Shown in pieces: positions 9,741-19,702 of a DNA stretch of 53,684 bases. This DNA comes from Bacteroidota bacterium (GTDB lineage Bacteria; Bacteroidota; Bacteroidia; 2-12-FULL-35-15). The notes below the pieces were generated by a model. The model was not told the origin of the DNA. It was given only the letters and a program-made list of their open reading frames with translations, and did not search any database. The stretch is taken from the NCBI GenBank assembly GCA_040388455.1, contig JAZKBX010000120.1, positions 10,982 through 64,665 on the forward strand. Direction: 5' to 3'. The position numbers were made by a program, and so were the translations under genes. Numbering within the stretch: position 1 is the stretch's first letter; every line of letters starts with the position of its first letter.

Positions 9741-11207
9741 ATGGCTACTACAGTTTCTTTCATCACTTCATTTAATATAACAGGAGCAACAAAGCTAATA
9801 ACTTTTTTAGATACGAGTGGTCTACCTGGCCAGGGTGTTCCTTTGGCTGACGTTGTTGGTAATTTTACTATAACAGCTCCAAGTGGTACAACTATTTATA
9901 ATAATACGGCTATTACTAATGCTGATTGTGATATAGATTTTATAGCAAGCCTTGTTAGTCAGCAATCAATAGTTCTTCCTGTAGATGCTTATGGTCTTGT
10001 TGAGGCAGGGAATTACACTATTGTTTATCGTGTGTGGGATTCTAATCTAAGTGTATATTATACAAAAACAAATATAGTAAATTACCAACACGCTTCTCCG
10101 GAGGTGTGTATACGTCAAAGGATTGATTGTATTACTCCTTTGTTTAGTTCTGTAGATTATACAAATTATTCTGTAAATAGCATATCTCCTACAATTAGTG
10201 GTACTCATACTTTAGATTACCCTGTAGGATCAGATGGTGAAGGCTCGCCTACTGTAGTTAATTTTACTGCATCATCTTCAGTTATAGCTGTATCTACATT
10301 TTATCAAGGAACACAAACAACGGAGATTGAGGCAGATTTAACTTATACTGTAGTTTCTGGAGTTAATGGATTTATAATCCTTGATTCTGTTTCTGGATCG
10401 AAAGAAATTAAGGTAGATTGTGATTATATATGTTCTATATTATGCTGTGTCCAAGCTTATGACACAATAAAAGAAGGGTACAGATTAACTAATCAAGTTC
10501 TTTTCACTAAATACGATAATATTTTCCAAGAGGTTATGTCTTATATCGGCCTTATGCAATTAGCTATAAGCTGTGGTCTTGGTAATGAAGTGTGTACTTA
10601 TTTAGAAAGAATAAAAACTTTAACAAATTGTACTAATGCCTGTAATTGTGGGCCAGACACCCCTTCAAGGGTGATAGGCTTAGGGTATCTAATAGGCCCT
10701 GCTGGTCCTGCTGGAGAGCAAGGTATTCAGGGGGCTGCTGGAAATAACGGAAATTATTTAACGATAACATCAGAAGATCCAGGAGAAAACTGTACAACAG
10801 GTGGTCAAAAGGTTATTCTGTATAATGGGGTGACAAGCGATGTAATAAGCACTAGCTATATTTGTAATGGAGCTGCAGGATCAAATGGAACTAACGGAAC
10901 AAACGGTACGAATGCGTTTAAGTTTACAAAACAATTTGTCACAGAAGAAATTGAACAAAATTTGGATATATCCGAGGTTGTTCTTACTGCATGTGAAGAA
11001 GTTCCTGCAGGATGCCTGGCAGATGGGACAACTGAAAATCCTTTTGTTGATTTACATATCCAAATTTGGTTATTAGGTGTCGGTGGATCATGGTCACTTC
11101 TTATTAATGGAACTGACTATACTCTTACTATAAGTAATTCAACAGGATTGATAAGGGCGGTAACTGGTAATAATCAAGGTACTTATAGGGTAGTTGTCTT
11201 AGCTTAA
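9741..11207 (+). CDS. Virion fibre/structural protein with Cys-rich and collagen-like segments
   Basis: Beta-rich N-terminus, CSILCC...CTNACNC cluster, GPAGPAGEQGIQG collagen triplets, 'PGENCTTGG...YICNG' module. Confidence 0.65.
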   Translation: MATTVSFITSFNITGATKLITFLDTSGLPGQGVPLADVVGNFTITAPSGTTIYNNTAITNADCDIDFIASLVSQQSIVLPVDAYGLVEAGNYTIVYRVWDSNLSVYYTKTNIVNYQHASPEVCIRQRIDCITPLFSSVDYTNYSVNSISPTISGTHTLDYPVGSDGEGSPTVVNFTASSSVIAVSTFYQGTQTTEIEADLTYTVVSGVNGFIILDSVSGSKEIKVDCDYICSILCCVQAYDTIKEGYRLTNQVLFTKYDNIFQEVMSYIGLMQLAISCGLGNEVCTYLERIKTLTNCTNACNCGPDTPSRVIGLGYLIGPAGPAGEQGIQGAAGNNGNYLTITSEDPGENCTTGGQKVILYNGVTSDVISTSYICNGAAGSNGTNGTNGTNAFKFTKQFVTEEIEQNLDISEVVLTACEEVPAGCLADGTTENPFVDLHIQIWLLGVGGSWSLLINGTDYTLTISNSTGLIRAVTGNNQGTYRVVVLA

Positions 11208-11230
11208 AACTATTTTAATATTTAATAATT

Positions 11231-11770
11231 ATGTGTTGTGAAAGTTGTAATTGCCAGCCAGGGCCAAGAGGTATTCAGGGGCCAGAAGGTCCAATGGGTC
11301 CAGTAAATACTGTTGCACAGGAAGAGGTGGCGGCTTTAGCATTGGTTGTAGAGGAAATATCTGAGTATGTAGATACTTTACAAATATATAAAGCAGAGAT
11401 AACTCTAACATCAGAAGAGATATTAAATATATTCAGCTCTCCTAAGTTAGCTATCGCTTCACCTGGAGCCGGTAAGGCGATAAGTATTATTTCTGGAAGC
11501 ATGTCATTAACGTTTAATAGTGTTGCGTATAGTGGAAATGTTATTATTTCACTTATAACCGATACAGCAAATATGTATCAAGGCACATTTTATACTTTAA
11601 ACTCAACAGTATCAAGGTGGTCAAGATTTAATAACGTTCCTGGAATAAATGCTACAGACACTCAATTGATTGCTGATAAGGCATTATATATAAAGAACTT
11701 GGTAGGTAATCCTTCTGCTGGTAATAGTGGTGGGAAAATTTATATTACTTATGAAATAATAGACTTGTAA
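11231..11770 (+). CDS. Short collagen-containing fibre protein
   Basis: MCCESCNC, (GXY)n, then a beta domain homologous to the C-terminus of 29504-31543. Confidence 0.65.
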   Translation: MCCESCNCQPGPRGIQGPEGPMGPVNTVAQEEVAALALVVEEISEYVDTLQIYKAEITLTSEEILNIFSSPKLAIASPGAGKAISIISGSMSLTFNSVAYSGNVIISLITDTANMYQGTFYTLNSTVSRWSRFNNVPGINATDTQLIADKALYIKNLVGNPSAGNSGGKIYITYEIIDL

Positions 11771-11774
11771 ATAA

Positions 11775-12320
11775 ATGTCGGTAAATATTTGTGGAATATA
11801 TAAAATAACGTCTCCTTCAGGAAAGATTTATATTGGTCAGTCTGTAAATGTTTTATTAAGATGGAATAGTTATAAGTCTTTGCATTGTCATAAACAAAGG
11901 CATTTACATTCTTCATTAAAAAAATATGGCTCAGATAAACATAAATTTGAACTTGTTTGTCAATGCTCTAGAGAGGAGTTGGATAATTTAGAGTCTTATT
12001 ATATTGAATTATATCAGACTTTTAATAGTGAATTTGGCTTGAATTTGCAGGAGGGAGGGAGAACTCATATTGCTTCGGAAGAAACTCGAAGAAAAATGAG
12101 TGAATCGATGAAAGGTAATAAAAACGGATTAGGTAAAAAACATTCTGAAGAATCAAAGATAAAAATGAGTAAGGCTAGAAAAGGTATTCCTATGACCGAA
12201 AATCATAAGCAAAAATTAAGGGACGCTAAAAGTACTCCAGAGTCTAAAGCAAAAATGAGATTAGCGTATTTGGGTAATAAGAATGGTTGTAAAAACAAAG
12301 AAAATAAGGGATGTCTGTAA
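11775..12320 (+). mobile_element. Free-standing GIY-YIG homing endonuclease with NUMOD3-type repeats
   Basis: CGIYKITSPSGKIYIGQS, E..YI..Y..F...G.N, repeated (H)SEE(T/S)(R/K)xKMS motifs. Confidence 0.92.
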
Positions 12321-12964
12321 ATATTAACTCTTTTAGAATTTTTGTCCAAGCGGTTCAAAATAAGGTGAATAGTGGTAATAGTATTACTGTGCCACAATTC
12401 AACTCATTTGCGAATCAGGCTCAGCTAATGATTTTTGAAAAGGATCGTAATATATTTCTTAAAACGGGAGATATGTCAGATTTTTTATCATGGTTTCTGG
12501 TAAATGCTGTTTTGAATCCGAATATTAATACGGGGTATTTACCATATCCGGCAGACTATCAACATACAGCTGGTATCCGCTCTTATTATAATGGTAAAGA
12601 AAGGCCGGTTGAATTAGTTGAAAATAAGGCATGGGGAGAGGTCATTGCTTCTGAGTTAATGGCGCCATCAAAAATATTTCCAAAGTACACTGAGTTCGCA
12701 AATGAATACAGGTTTTTGCCAAGGGATATTGGTATTGTTATGTTGGATTATTGGAGAGAGCCGGTTAAGCCTATTTGGAATTATAGTATTGTAAATAACC
12801 GGGAGGTATATAATCCAACAGGAAGTGTAGATTTTGAATGGGCTCCTGCGTTTTTAAACTCTGTGGCCGCTGTATATCTTCAGCTTATTGGGTGTAATAT
12901 TAAGGATAAGGAGTTGTCTGCATTTGCAAATCAGTATTCACAGGAATCAAATTCATTATTATAA
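12311..12964 (+). CDS. Tail ring / head-tail adaptor protein 1
   Basis: 'ITVPQFNSFANQAQL...YNPTGSVDFE' pattern; first of three ~200-250 aa genes before the nozzle. Confidence 0.6.
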   Translation: MSVNINSFRIFVQAVQNKVNSGNSITVPQFNSFANQAQLMIFEKDRNIFLKTGDMSDFLSWFLVNAVLNPNINTGYLPYPADYQHTAGIRSYYNGKERPVELVENKAWGEVIASELMAPSKIFPKYTEFANEYRFLPRDIGIVMLDYWREPVKPIWNYSIVNNREVYNPTGSVDFEWAPAFLNSVAAVYLQLIGCNIKDKELSAFANQYSQESNSLL

Positions 12965-12967
12965 AAA

Positions 12968-13558
12968 ATGGCAACAAGTCTTTATAAAATCGCTGAAATG
13001 TGTCGTCAGTTAACTGAAAAGAGAGTTTCTATTCAGGTACTTGTTGACGAGGTTGGTGATGCTTATGGTTCTGTAGCTAAAAAGATATGGTATGAAAATA
13101 CTTCATTTGATGAGCAATCTATTGATGGTTCTTTTTTAAATACATTTTCAAATCTTCAACCTGAATGCGACTGTGATCGTGACGCATGGTTTATTACTAT
13201 TCCTTCAACATATTTGATTCTTCCTCACCAAATGGGTGTTAATTGGGTTTCGTTGATGAAGGATAAAAAGAGTTATGTGCTGGTTAATAATTGGGGTATA
13301 TATGAAGGTTTGAAGTCTTCAGTTATGGGTGGTCGTGGTGTGTATTTAATTGAGGGTAATAAAATGTGGTTCCCGATTATGACAAAAGAAACATGTGGAC
13401 CTGTATTGTTGAAATTGGCGATAGCTTATGATGATATTGATCCTTATGAACCTTTAAATATAGGTCCTAATATTGTAAATGATATTGTATCTATGGTAGT
13501 GGCTCCTTATATGAATAAGCAAAATCCTATTGAAAAGGTTCGTGAAATAATTAATTAA
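12968..13558 (+). CDS. Tail ring protein 2 (putative)
   Basis: Size and position in the ring-protein cluster. Confidence 0.5.
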   Translation: MATSLYKIAEMCRQLTEKRVSIQVLVDEVGDAYGSVAKKIWYENTSFDEQSIDGSFLNTFSNLQPECDCDRDAWFITIPSTYLILPHQMGVNWVSLMKDKKSYVLVNNWGIYEGLKSSVMGGRGVYLIEGNKMWFPIMTKETCGPVLLKLAIAYDDIDPYEPLNIGPNIVNDIVSMVVAPYMNKQNPIEKVREIIN

Positions 13559-13560
13559 AG

Positions 13561-14325
13561 ATGAATAACTACTTATTAGATTCAGTTGTATCAGAGTGGA
13601 TTGCTATAAATGGTAAAACTGAAAATCAACGTGCACGTCTTTATACTATTGCTGTTGCTTGTCTTCGTGAAATAAATATGGATGTTAATGGTATCATTAA
13701 GATTGTAGAGCTTTCTATAAATGATAATGATACGGTTGACCTTCCGGAAGATTTTATGAATTATTCTAAGATAGGTATATTGGGTGCCGATGGCAGAATA
13801 CATTGTCTTGGAAGAGACAATAGTATTAATATGAAGCCTTCGTATAACGATTGTGGTGTTCAAGTGGCAAATCCTAATACCGATAACTCAGATTTTCCTT
13901 TTAATGGGTTGCCGTTTGCCGGTTATTTTTATGGTTCCGGAAATGGTGAGGGAGCTATTTTTGGCTTAGGGGGTGGTAATAACAATATTGGTTACTACCG
14001 TTTAGACAGAGCTAATAACCAGCTTCTTCTTGCCAATATGAATATTCGTAGTGGTGCTAATTTAATTATGGAATATGTTGCTGACATAAATGTTAGTTCT
14101 GATGGAGATTTTTATGTTCATCCATATATTGTTGAAACTATTAAAAGATGGATAGATTGGATGTATGTTAACAATGACAAAAACACTTCACAAGGTGAAA
14201 AATTAAGAAGGGAACGGATTTATTATAATGCTCTTAGAATATCTAAAAGTCGATACGGTGCATCTACGATTGAAGAATGGTATGCAGCCCTTCGCACTCA
14301 AAACTCCGCGACTCCTAGATTTTAA
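13561..14325 (+). CDS. Tail ring / tubular protein 3 (putative)
   Basis: 'VDLPEDFMNYSKIG' and 'VHPYIVETIKRWI' motifs; directly precedes the nozzle gene. Confidence 0.6.
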   Translation: MNNYLLDSVVSEWIAINGKTENQRARLYTIAVACLREINMDVNGIIKIVELSINDNDTVDLPEDFMNYSKIGILGADGRIHCLGRDNSINMKPSYNDCGVQVANPNTDNSDFPFNGLPFAGYFYGSGNGEGAIFGLGGGNNNIGYYRLDRANNQLLLANMNIRSGANLIMEYVADINVSSDGDFYVHPYIVETIKRWIDWMYVNNDKNTSQGEKLRRERIYYNALRISKSRYGASTIEEWYAALRTQNSATPRF

Positions 14326-14330
14326 ATAAT

Positions 14331-17300
14331 ATGCTACAGAAAGTTTTATTCAACGGGCCGATGGACTCGGATTCTTCACCGGAAGCGTTTAAAGATGGTA
14401 TGGGCCGCTTTAGAAGTGATATGCGTATATTTTCTTCTGAAAATGGAGAGAGTGAATCAGCTGAGATACCTCGTGGTAATAGTGTGGTTACGTTTTCGTT
14501 GCCGACAGGAACTAATACTGTTATAGGTGCAGCTGAGGATAAGAAAACTAAGAAGGTTTATTACTTCGTTCACAATACATCATTTAATCATTTGATACTT
14601 GAATATAATTCTGTTACAGGTGCTATTGCAAAAGTATTTCAGGATTCTATTAATATATTGGGTGGTCAAACAAATATTCTTAATTTTAAGACTACTCACC
14701 TTATTACTGGTATTGATATTGTTGAAATAGATAGTTTAAATCATTTGCTGTATTGGACTGATGGCTACATATCAACTTCCGATCCGAATGTATATAACGA
14801 GCCACGTAAAATAAATATCGAAAAAGGTAAATATTTTATGGCCGGAAATTATACTCTTGGGTATAAAACTCCATTTGATCCTGAAATATTATTTAGGATC
14901 AAGCAGCCTGCTGATTGCGGTCCAACGTATGCTTGGTCGGGAATACCTGCTCCAGTATTTACATTTAGCGCTGATTCTGTAACTCCATTATTATTTACAA
15001 GTTCTGATCCAGGTGGGATACCTAAAACAATTCCATACGATCAGGACATATTAGATCCTGGCAACGAGTTTGATATATCAACCTTTACTTGGACCGTAGG
15101 GACAACTGGTGGCTATTATATTAAGTCTACATTTTTAATTAATAATGAAGGGCCTCCAGCGGATAATACTTGTTTGGCTTATTTTTCTGTTAATGGTGTT
15201 CAAGTTTATCCCGGGCTTAATTTTTCTTTATCGAGTGCAACTCCTGTGTCAAAAACGTTAGAGGTGTTTAATCAATCGTTAACTGCTGGGGATACTGTTA
15301 AAGTTGAATTTATTTGTTCAACTGTGGCTATTGGAGAAGCCGATGTGGTTATTTTGGGTACTTTATTTACAAGCGAAAGAGCTATAAGCGGTGTTGGTAT
15401 TAATTATTTATTCAAGCTATATCCTGTGTTTAAAACACAGCTGGTTTATGATGATAATGATGTTAGTTCGTGGTCCCCTTGGAGTAAATATTTTTTTCCT
15501 GCTGTTGTAAAGGATGTATCTACTGGAAATGATATTGTTGCTCAGGATGATACGATTACTGTTACTGTAGATACTGGTATAAGTATAGTAACCAAAATAA
15601 GGGTTGCTGTAAAAATGTTAGGGCAGATACTTAATCCGGCTACTAATCTTCTTCAAAACCTGGAGTTTTCTTTGGTTGCTGAACTTGATAAAGCAAATCT
15701 TAATATTGCTGATAACTCTACTTATAGTTTTGAGTTTCTGAATGATGGAAATTATACTCCATTGTATATTAATGAAAGTATTAAATTGTTTGATTCTGTT
15801 CCCCTGGCTTCTCAATCTGAAGCTTTAATTATTGATGGCCGTATCGTTGATGGTCTTATAACTGAAGGGCAGGATCCGGTTGATATTGATATGATAATGA
15901 ATTTATCATATCCTGAGATCGCAGATATACCTGGTTTTGGGTCAACGATAACTCCTGCATCTTTTTTGAAGTCTGGTGGTATTTATAGTTATGGAATTAT
16001 ATATTCTGATCATGGAGGCAGGTTAGGAACTACAAATATTCAGAGGGGGAAATCAACAGTGTTGCTTCCTAATGGAAAGTTTGGAACAACGCTTTATGTT
16101 CCTTTTTTAACTGAATCAGGTTATGGTGCACCCCATTACACTCCAAATACTGATATGTCTTATGTTCCACAGGTTAATATGGAGATTTATAACCGGCCTC
16201 CATCGTGGGCCACTCATTATCAAGTTGTAAGGAGCAAGAATAAGGCTATTTCGAAATATTTTCAATTTACGGCACAAACAATTGATTATGTTAATGTTTT
16301 GGGGTTTAGTGTAACTCCATCAGCTGCAACTGATGTTAATTTTTATATAAATAATATTACGGGAATCTATTTGTCTGATAATGGGGCATCAAGCTTGGTG
16401 TATGATTTTACTCCAGGAGACAGGGTTCGGTTTATAGCAAATGTTTCTGGTGCTGGTCCTGCATACAATGAGATAGGGGCTTTATTTAGTTTTAATGATA
16501 CAGAGATAATATCTTATAATTCAGGTACAGGAATTATTCATATCAAGAAAACATCGGATGTTCCTTTAACTTTAGCACCTGGAGTTATTTTTGAAATTTA
16601 TACTCCAGCTAAGTCGGTTATAAATGATAATGAGTTTATGTATGAAATTGGTGAGTGCTTTCCTTTAGATGAGGATATTCACGGGAATTTAATTCATACT
16701 TTTTCTACAAGTAATCAGTTAATTAATTCGTATACTTCATCTGCAACGGCTGGGACAAATACAACTATTCAATTGCCTGCCGGCCATGGATTGGTTATTA
16801 ATGATAAGGTTAAGCTGGTTGGCACAGGGTATAGTGTATATGGTATTGTTACTACTGCAAATGCTACAAATGCTATTGTTTCTACGGCTGGATTTACAGT
16901 AACAGGTACAATTAATACAGGAGTTGGTACAGTATATAAGGCTGCAACTGGAACGTTGACTAGTGGCGATTGCTTTAGGATATTTCAAAATATGCCTTGG
17001 GTTGTATCCTCTGTTGTGTATAGGCTGTATATGTATGTGGAGAATATGAATATTTCAAATTTATGGACTTCTAATGCGTGGGATTATGCCAGACCAAACA
17101 AAGTTGATGATGCTGCAAAAAGGATAACCAGGCAATCTACTGTTATATGGTCAGAGTCTTTTATTCCTGAAACATTTATAAATGGACTGAGTACTGTTTA
17201 CGATACTAATTTTCAAACATATGAAGCACAGTATGGTGGAATATATTTTCTTTACAATGAGAAGTTGTGGTTGCATATATTCCAGGAGTTAAAGGTTAGT

Positions 17301-18221
17301 GGAGTTCCTATACAGCAAACTCAGTTTAATGGGACTCAGGGGGAGCAATTTGTTGGTCAATCAACTGAAGTTTTACCGCGTGTACCAAAATATTATGAAG
17401 GAGAGTATGGTATAGGTAAGAATCCTGAGAGTTTTGCTGTTTATGGTAATGCGAAGTATTTTATTGACGTTAATCGTGGCGCTGTATTAAGGCTTTCGAA
17501 CGATGGTATAACTAATATTTCGAAGACTTATAATATGCATAACTATTTTACAGATAAGTGTGCGGCAGTTTTGGCTTTTAATGGAAGAGTTAATGTGTAT
17601 GGGGTTTATGATGTTAAGTTTGGGGAGTATATTATTTCCTTTCAAAATATATCGGATGGTCGAGGCTCTTTTGCCGGTGAAACGTTGGCATTTAATGAAG
17701 ACGAAAACTCCTGGAGTTCGTTTTTCTCATATTTGCCAGATTTTTTATGTTCTAATGGACTTAATATAATTAGTTTTAAATCGGGTGCTCTTTATACTCA
17801 CAATACTAATGCTGTATATGCTAATTACTATGGTGTGCAGTATAAATCCAAGTTGTGGTTTTATTGCAATGCGGCTCCAAGTAATGTAAAGGTTTATGAG
17901 GCTATGTCACTAGAGGCTTTGGATGCTTGGGCGGCTACAATAGAAACCCCTATAAGTGATGAAAATCCTGCAGGTCAAACTACCGGGTTACTGGATACTA
18001 ATTTTGATTTAATAGAGGGAGTTTGGTACTCTGAGATATTGAAAAACGATAACACTCCCAATATTGTTCCTTCTCCGGTTATATTGCCAAACGCCAGGTT
18101 TGAAGGTGATGTTATGAGGGGTGTATATGCTTTAGTTAAATTGGAATATCAGGGAACTGTATATAGTAAAATATTTGCTGCAAATGTTTTATTTATTCCA
18201 AGCGACCGAAGTAATAAATAA
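14331..18221 (+). CDS. Tail stabilisation / nozzle (muzzle) protein, P22 gp10-like
   Basis: 1296 aa beta-rich; 'LLYWTDG..NEPRKINIE', 'YGIGKNPESFA', 'YFIDVNRGAVLRLS.DG' motifs of crAss-like tail stabilisation proteins. Confidence 0.82.
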   Translation: MLQKVLFNGPMDSDSSPEAFKDGMGRFRSDMRIFSSENGESESAEIPRGNSVVTFSLPTGTNTVIGAAEDKKTKKVYYFVHNTSFNHLILEYNSVTGAIAKVFQDSINILGGQTNILNFKTTHLITGIDIVEIDSLNHLLYWTDGYISTSDPNVYNEPRKINIEKGKYFMAGNYTLGYKTPFDPEILFRIKQPADCGPTYAWSGIPAPVFTFSADSVTPLLFTSSDPGGIPKTIPYDQDILDPGNEFDISTFTWTVGTTGGYYIKSTFLINNEGPPADNTCLAYFSVNGVQVYPGLNFSLSSATPVSKTLEVFNQSLTAGDTVKVEFICSTVAIGEADVVILGTLFTSERAISGVGINYLFKLYPVFKTQLVYDDNDVSSWSPWSKYFFPAVVKDVSTGNDIVAQDDTITVTVDTGISIVTKIRVAVKMLGQILNPATNLLQNLEFSLVAELDKANLNIADNSTYSFEFLNDGNYTPLYINESIKLFDSVPLASQSEALIIDGRIVDGLITEGQDPVDIDMIMNLSYPEIADIPGFGSTITPASFLKSGGIYSYGIIYSDHGGRLGTTNIQRGKSTVLLPNGKFGTTLYVPFLTESGYGAPHYTPNTDMSYVPQVNMEIYNRPPSWATHYQVVRSKNKAISKYFQFTAQTIDYVNVLGFSVTPSAATDVNFYINNITGIYLSDNGASSLVYDFTPGDRVRFIANVSGAGPAYNEIGALFSFNDTEIISYNSGTGIIHIKKTSDVPLTLAPGVIFEIYTPAKSVINDNEFMYEIGECFPLDEDIHGNLIHTFSTSNQLINSYTSSATAGTNTTIQLPAGHGLVINDKVKLVGTGYSVYGIVTTANATNAIVSTAGFTVTGTINTGVGTVYKAATGTLTSGDCFRIFQNMPWVVSSVVYRLYMYVENMNISNLWTSNAWDYARPNKVDDAAKRITRQSTVIWSESFIPETFINGLSTVYDTNFQTYEAQYGGIYFLYNEKLWLHIFQELKVSGVPIQQTQFNGTQGEQFVGQSTEVLPRVPKYYEGEYGIGKNPESFAVYGNAKYFIDVNRGAVLRLSNDGITNISKTYNMHNYFTDKCAAVLAFNGRVNVYGVYDVKFGEYIISFQNISDGRGSFAGETLAFNEDENSWSSFFSYLPDFLCSNGLNIISFKSGALYTHNTNAVYANYYGVQYKSKLWFYCNAAPSNVKVYEAMSLEALDAWAATIETPISDENPAGQTTGLLDTNFDLIEGVWYSEILKNDNTPNIVPSPVILPNARFEGDVMRGVYALVKLEYQGTVYSKIFAANVLFIPSDRSNK

Positions 18222-18279
18222 TTACATTTGTGCTTCAGGTAATTAAAATTACCACGACTATAGAAGAATATTTATGGTC

Positions 18280-18312
18280 AAACGCTCCAATACTTGGGGC
18301 GTTTATTTTTTT
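18280..18312 (+). terminator. Rho-independent terminator
   Basis: AAACGCTCCAA-tac-TTGGGGCGTTT then ATTTTTTT. Confidence 0.8.
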
Positions 18313-18353
18313 GTTACTAAACTGTAATTGCTTTGAAATAATTTTTATATTTG
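18311..18353 (+). promoter_or_regulatory. Late promoter 5 (ejection-protein operon), probably leaderless
   Basis: TTGTTACT 18311-18318, TATATTTG 18346-18353 (offset 35); ATG at 18358 follows after only 4 intervening nt. Confidence 0.7.
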
Positions 18354-18357
18354 AAAC

Positions 18358-18660
18358 ATGCAAAGTTTAATAATATTTATATTATCTACTGCCGGTTTAA
18401 CTTGGATACTATGTGATTCATCTTTGTTTAAGCCTTTTCGCGAACTAATTTCAAAGAAATATCTGTTCAACAAAAATGTAATAATTTCATTTTTGGATGG
18501 TATACTGAATTGTCATGGATGCTGTGGTTTCTGGGCTGGTCTTGTTTGTTATCCTTTTTTGCATGAAATTCAGCCTGTGTGGGTACTTTTTGGGTTCTCT
18601 GGTAGTTTTAGTGCTTTGATACTTATTGCGTTGTATAATATGATAAAACGTGTAAAATGA
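18358..18660 (+). CDS. Small membrane protein, DUF1360-like
   Basis: Hydrophobic segments, 'S.LFKPFR' and 'LNCHGCCGFWAG' motif. Confidence 0.6.
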   Translation: MQSLIIFILSTAGLTWILCDSSLFKPFRELISKKYLFNKNVIISFLDGILNCHGCCGFWAGLVCYPFLHEIQPVWVLFGFSGSFSALILIALYNMIKRVK

Positions 18661-19172
18661 CTGAAGGAATCGAAAAAAGAGAAGAAAGATTGCTGCCAGA
18701 TACTAAGAGTATAAGGAAAAGCATAATGGAATATGAGGAACAAATAAAGAGCCAGGAAGGTGCTTTTATTGGAGATTCGCCTATATGTCCTTTGAAACAT
18801 ACGTTCAGTGAAGGCATTTATGTAAGGGAGATTCGCATTCCAGCTGGAACTTATATCGTTGGTAAGCTTCATAAACACGCTCATCCAAATTTTTTATTGA
18901 GTGGGGTTGTTGATGTGGTAACGGAACAAGGCACAACTACTTTAGAAGGGCCTATGTCAATGATTTCTCCTGCAGGAACTAAGCGTGCTTTGTATGTAAA
19001 GCAGGATGTGGTGTGGGTTACAATACACTCAAATCCAACAAATACACAAGATTTGAAAGAACTTGAATCTATTGTTATTGCAGATTCGTATGAGGAGTAT
19101 GAAAAATTTATTGAGAGTAAAAATGAAAATAAATTTATTTCGTTTATAAAAAAACTTTTAAATTGGAAATAG
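18657..19172 (+). CDS. Cupin-fold phage protein preceding ejection genes
   Basis: 'HTFSEGIYVREIRIPAG...KLHKHAH...SPAGTKR...TIHSNP' His-rich cupin-like motif. Confidence 0.65.
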   Translation: MTEGIEKREERLLPDTKSIRKSIMEYEEQIKSQEGAFIGDSPICPLKHTFSEGIYVREIRIPAGTYIVGKLHKHAHPNFLLSGVVDVVTEQGTTTLEGPMSMISPAGTKRALYVKQDVVWVTIHSNPTNTQDLKELESIVIADSYEEYEKFIESKNENKFISFIKKLLNWK

Positions 19173-19681
19173 CTACTGATATATTGCCTAATTTGTCACA
19201 GTCCGATATGAAAAGATTTTGGAGGAATGTTGATGTGCTGTCTGACGAGAATAAGTGTTGGAACTGGAACGGAGGTAAGAGAAGGAGAGGTTATGGTAGG
19301 TTTTATGTTCAGGTAGAAAAGAATAAAGATAAATCATTTGTTGCATCAAGGATTTCGTATTTTATAGAGAATAAAGTTGACCCTGTTGGGCTTACTGTTT
19401 TGCATAAGTGCGATAACCCTTCTTGTGTTAATCCAAATCATTTATTTTTAGGAACACCTTCGGATAATTCAAAAGATATGATTGAAAAGGGTAGGGGGAA
19501 GATGCAGTTTAAGGATGGTGAGGATCATCCTGGAGCAAAAATAACTGAAGATATTGTTCGTGATATACGGAGTGGTAAATATAATGGATTAACACAGATT
19601 GAAATTGGTAAAATTTTTGGCGTTGTCGCGTCTGTTATAAGTAATATTAAAAATTTTAAATGCTGGAAACATGTTAATTAA
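19163..19681 (+). mobile_element. Free-standing HNH homing endonuclease
   Basis: CWNWNG...GYGRF...ASRISY...VLHKCDNPSCVNPNHLFLGT..DN..DM..KGR, C-terminal HTH; TTG start uncertain. Confidence 0.9.
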
Positions 19682-19702
19682 CAATAAAAAAGGAGGTATG
19701 TT

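Noticed and set aside
11775-19681. Self-splicing introns housing the GIY-YIG and HNH genes
   Set aside because: Both endonuclease ORFs abut or overlap their neighbours, leaving no room for a ribozyme core; flanking genes are intact
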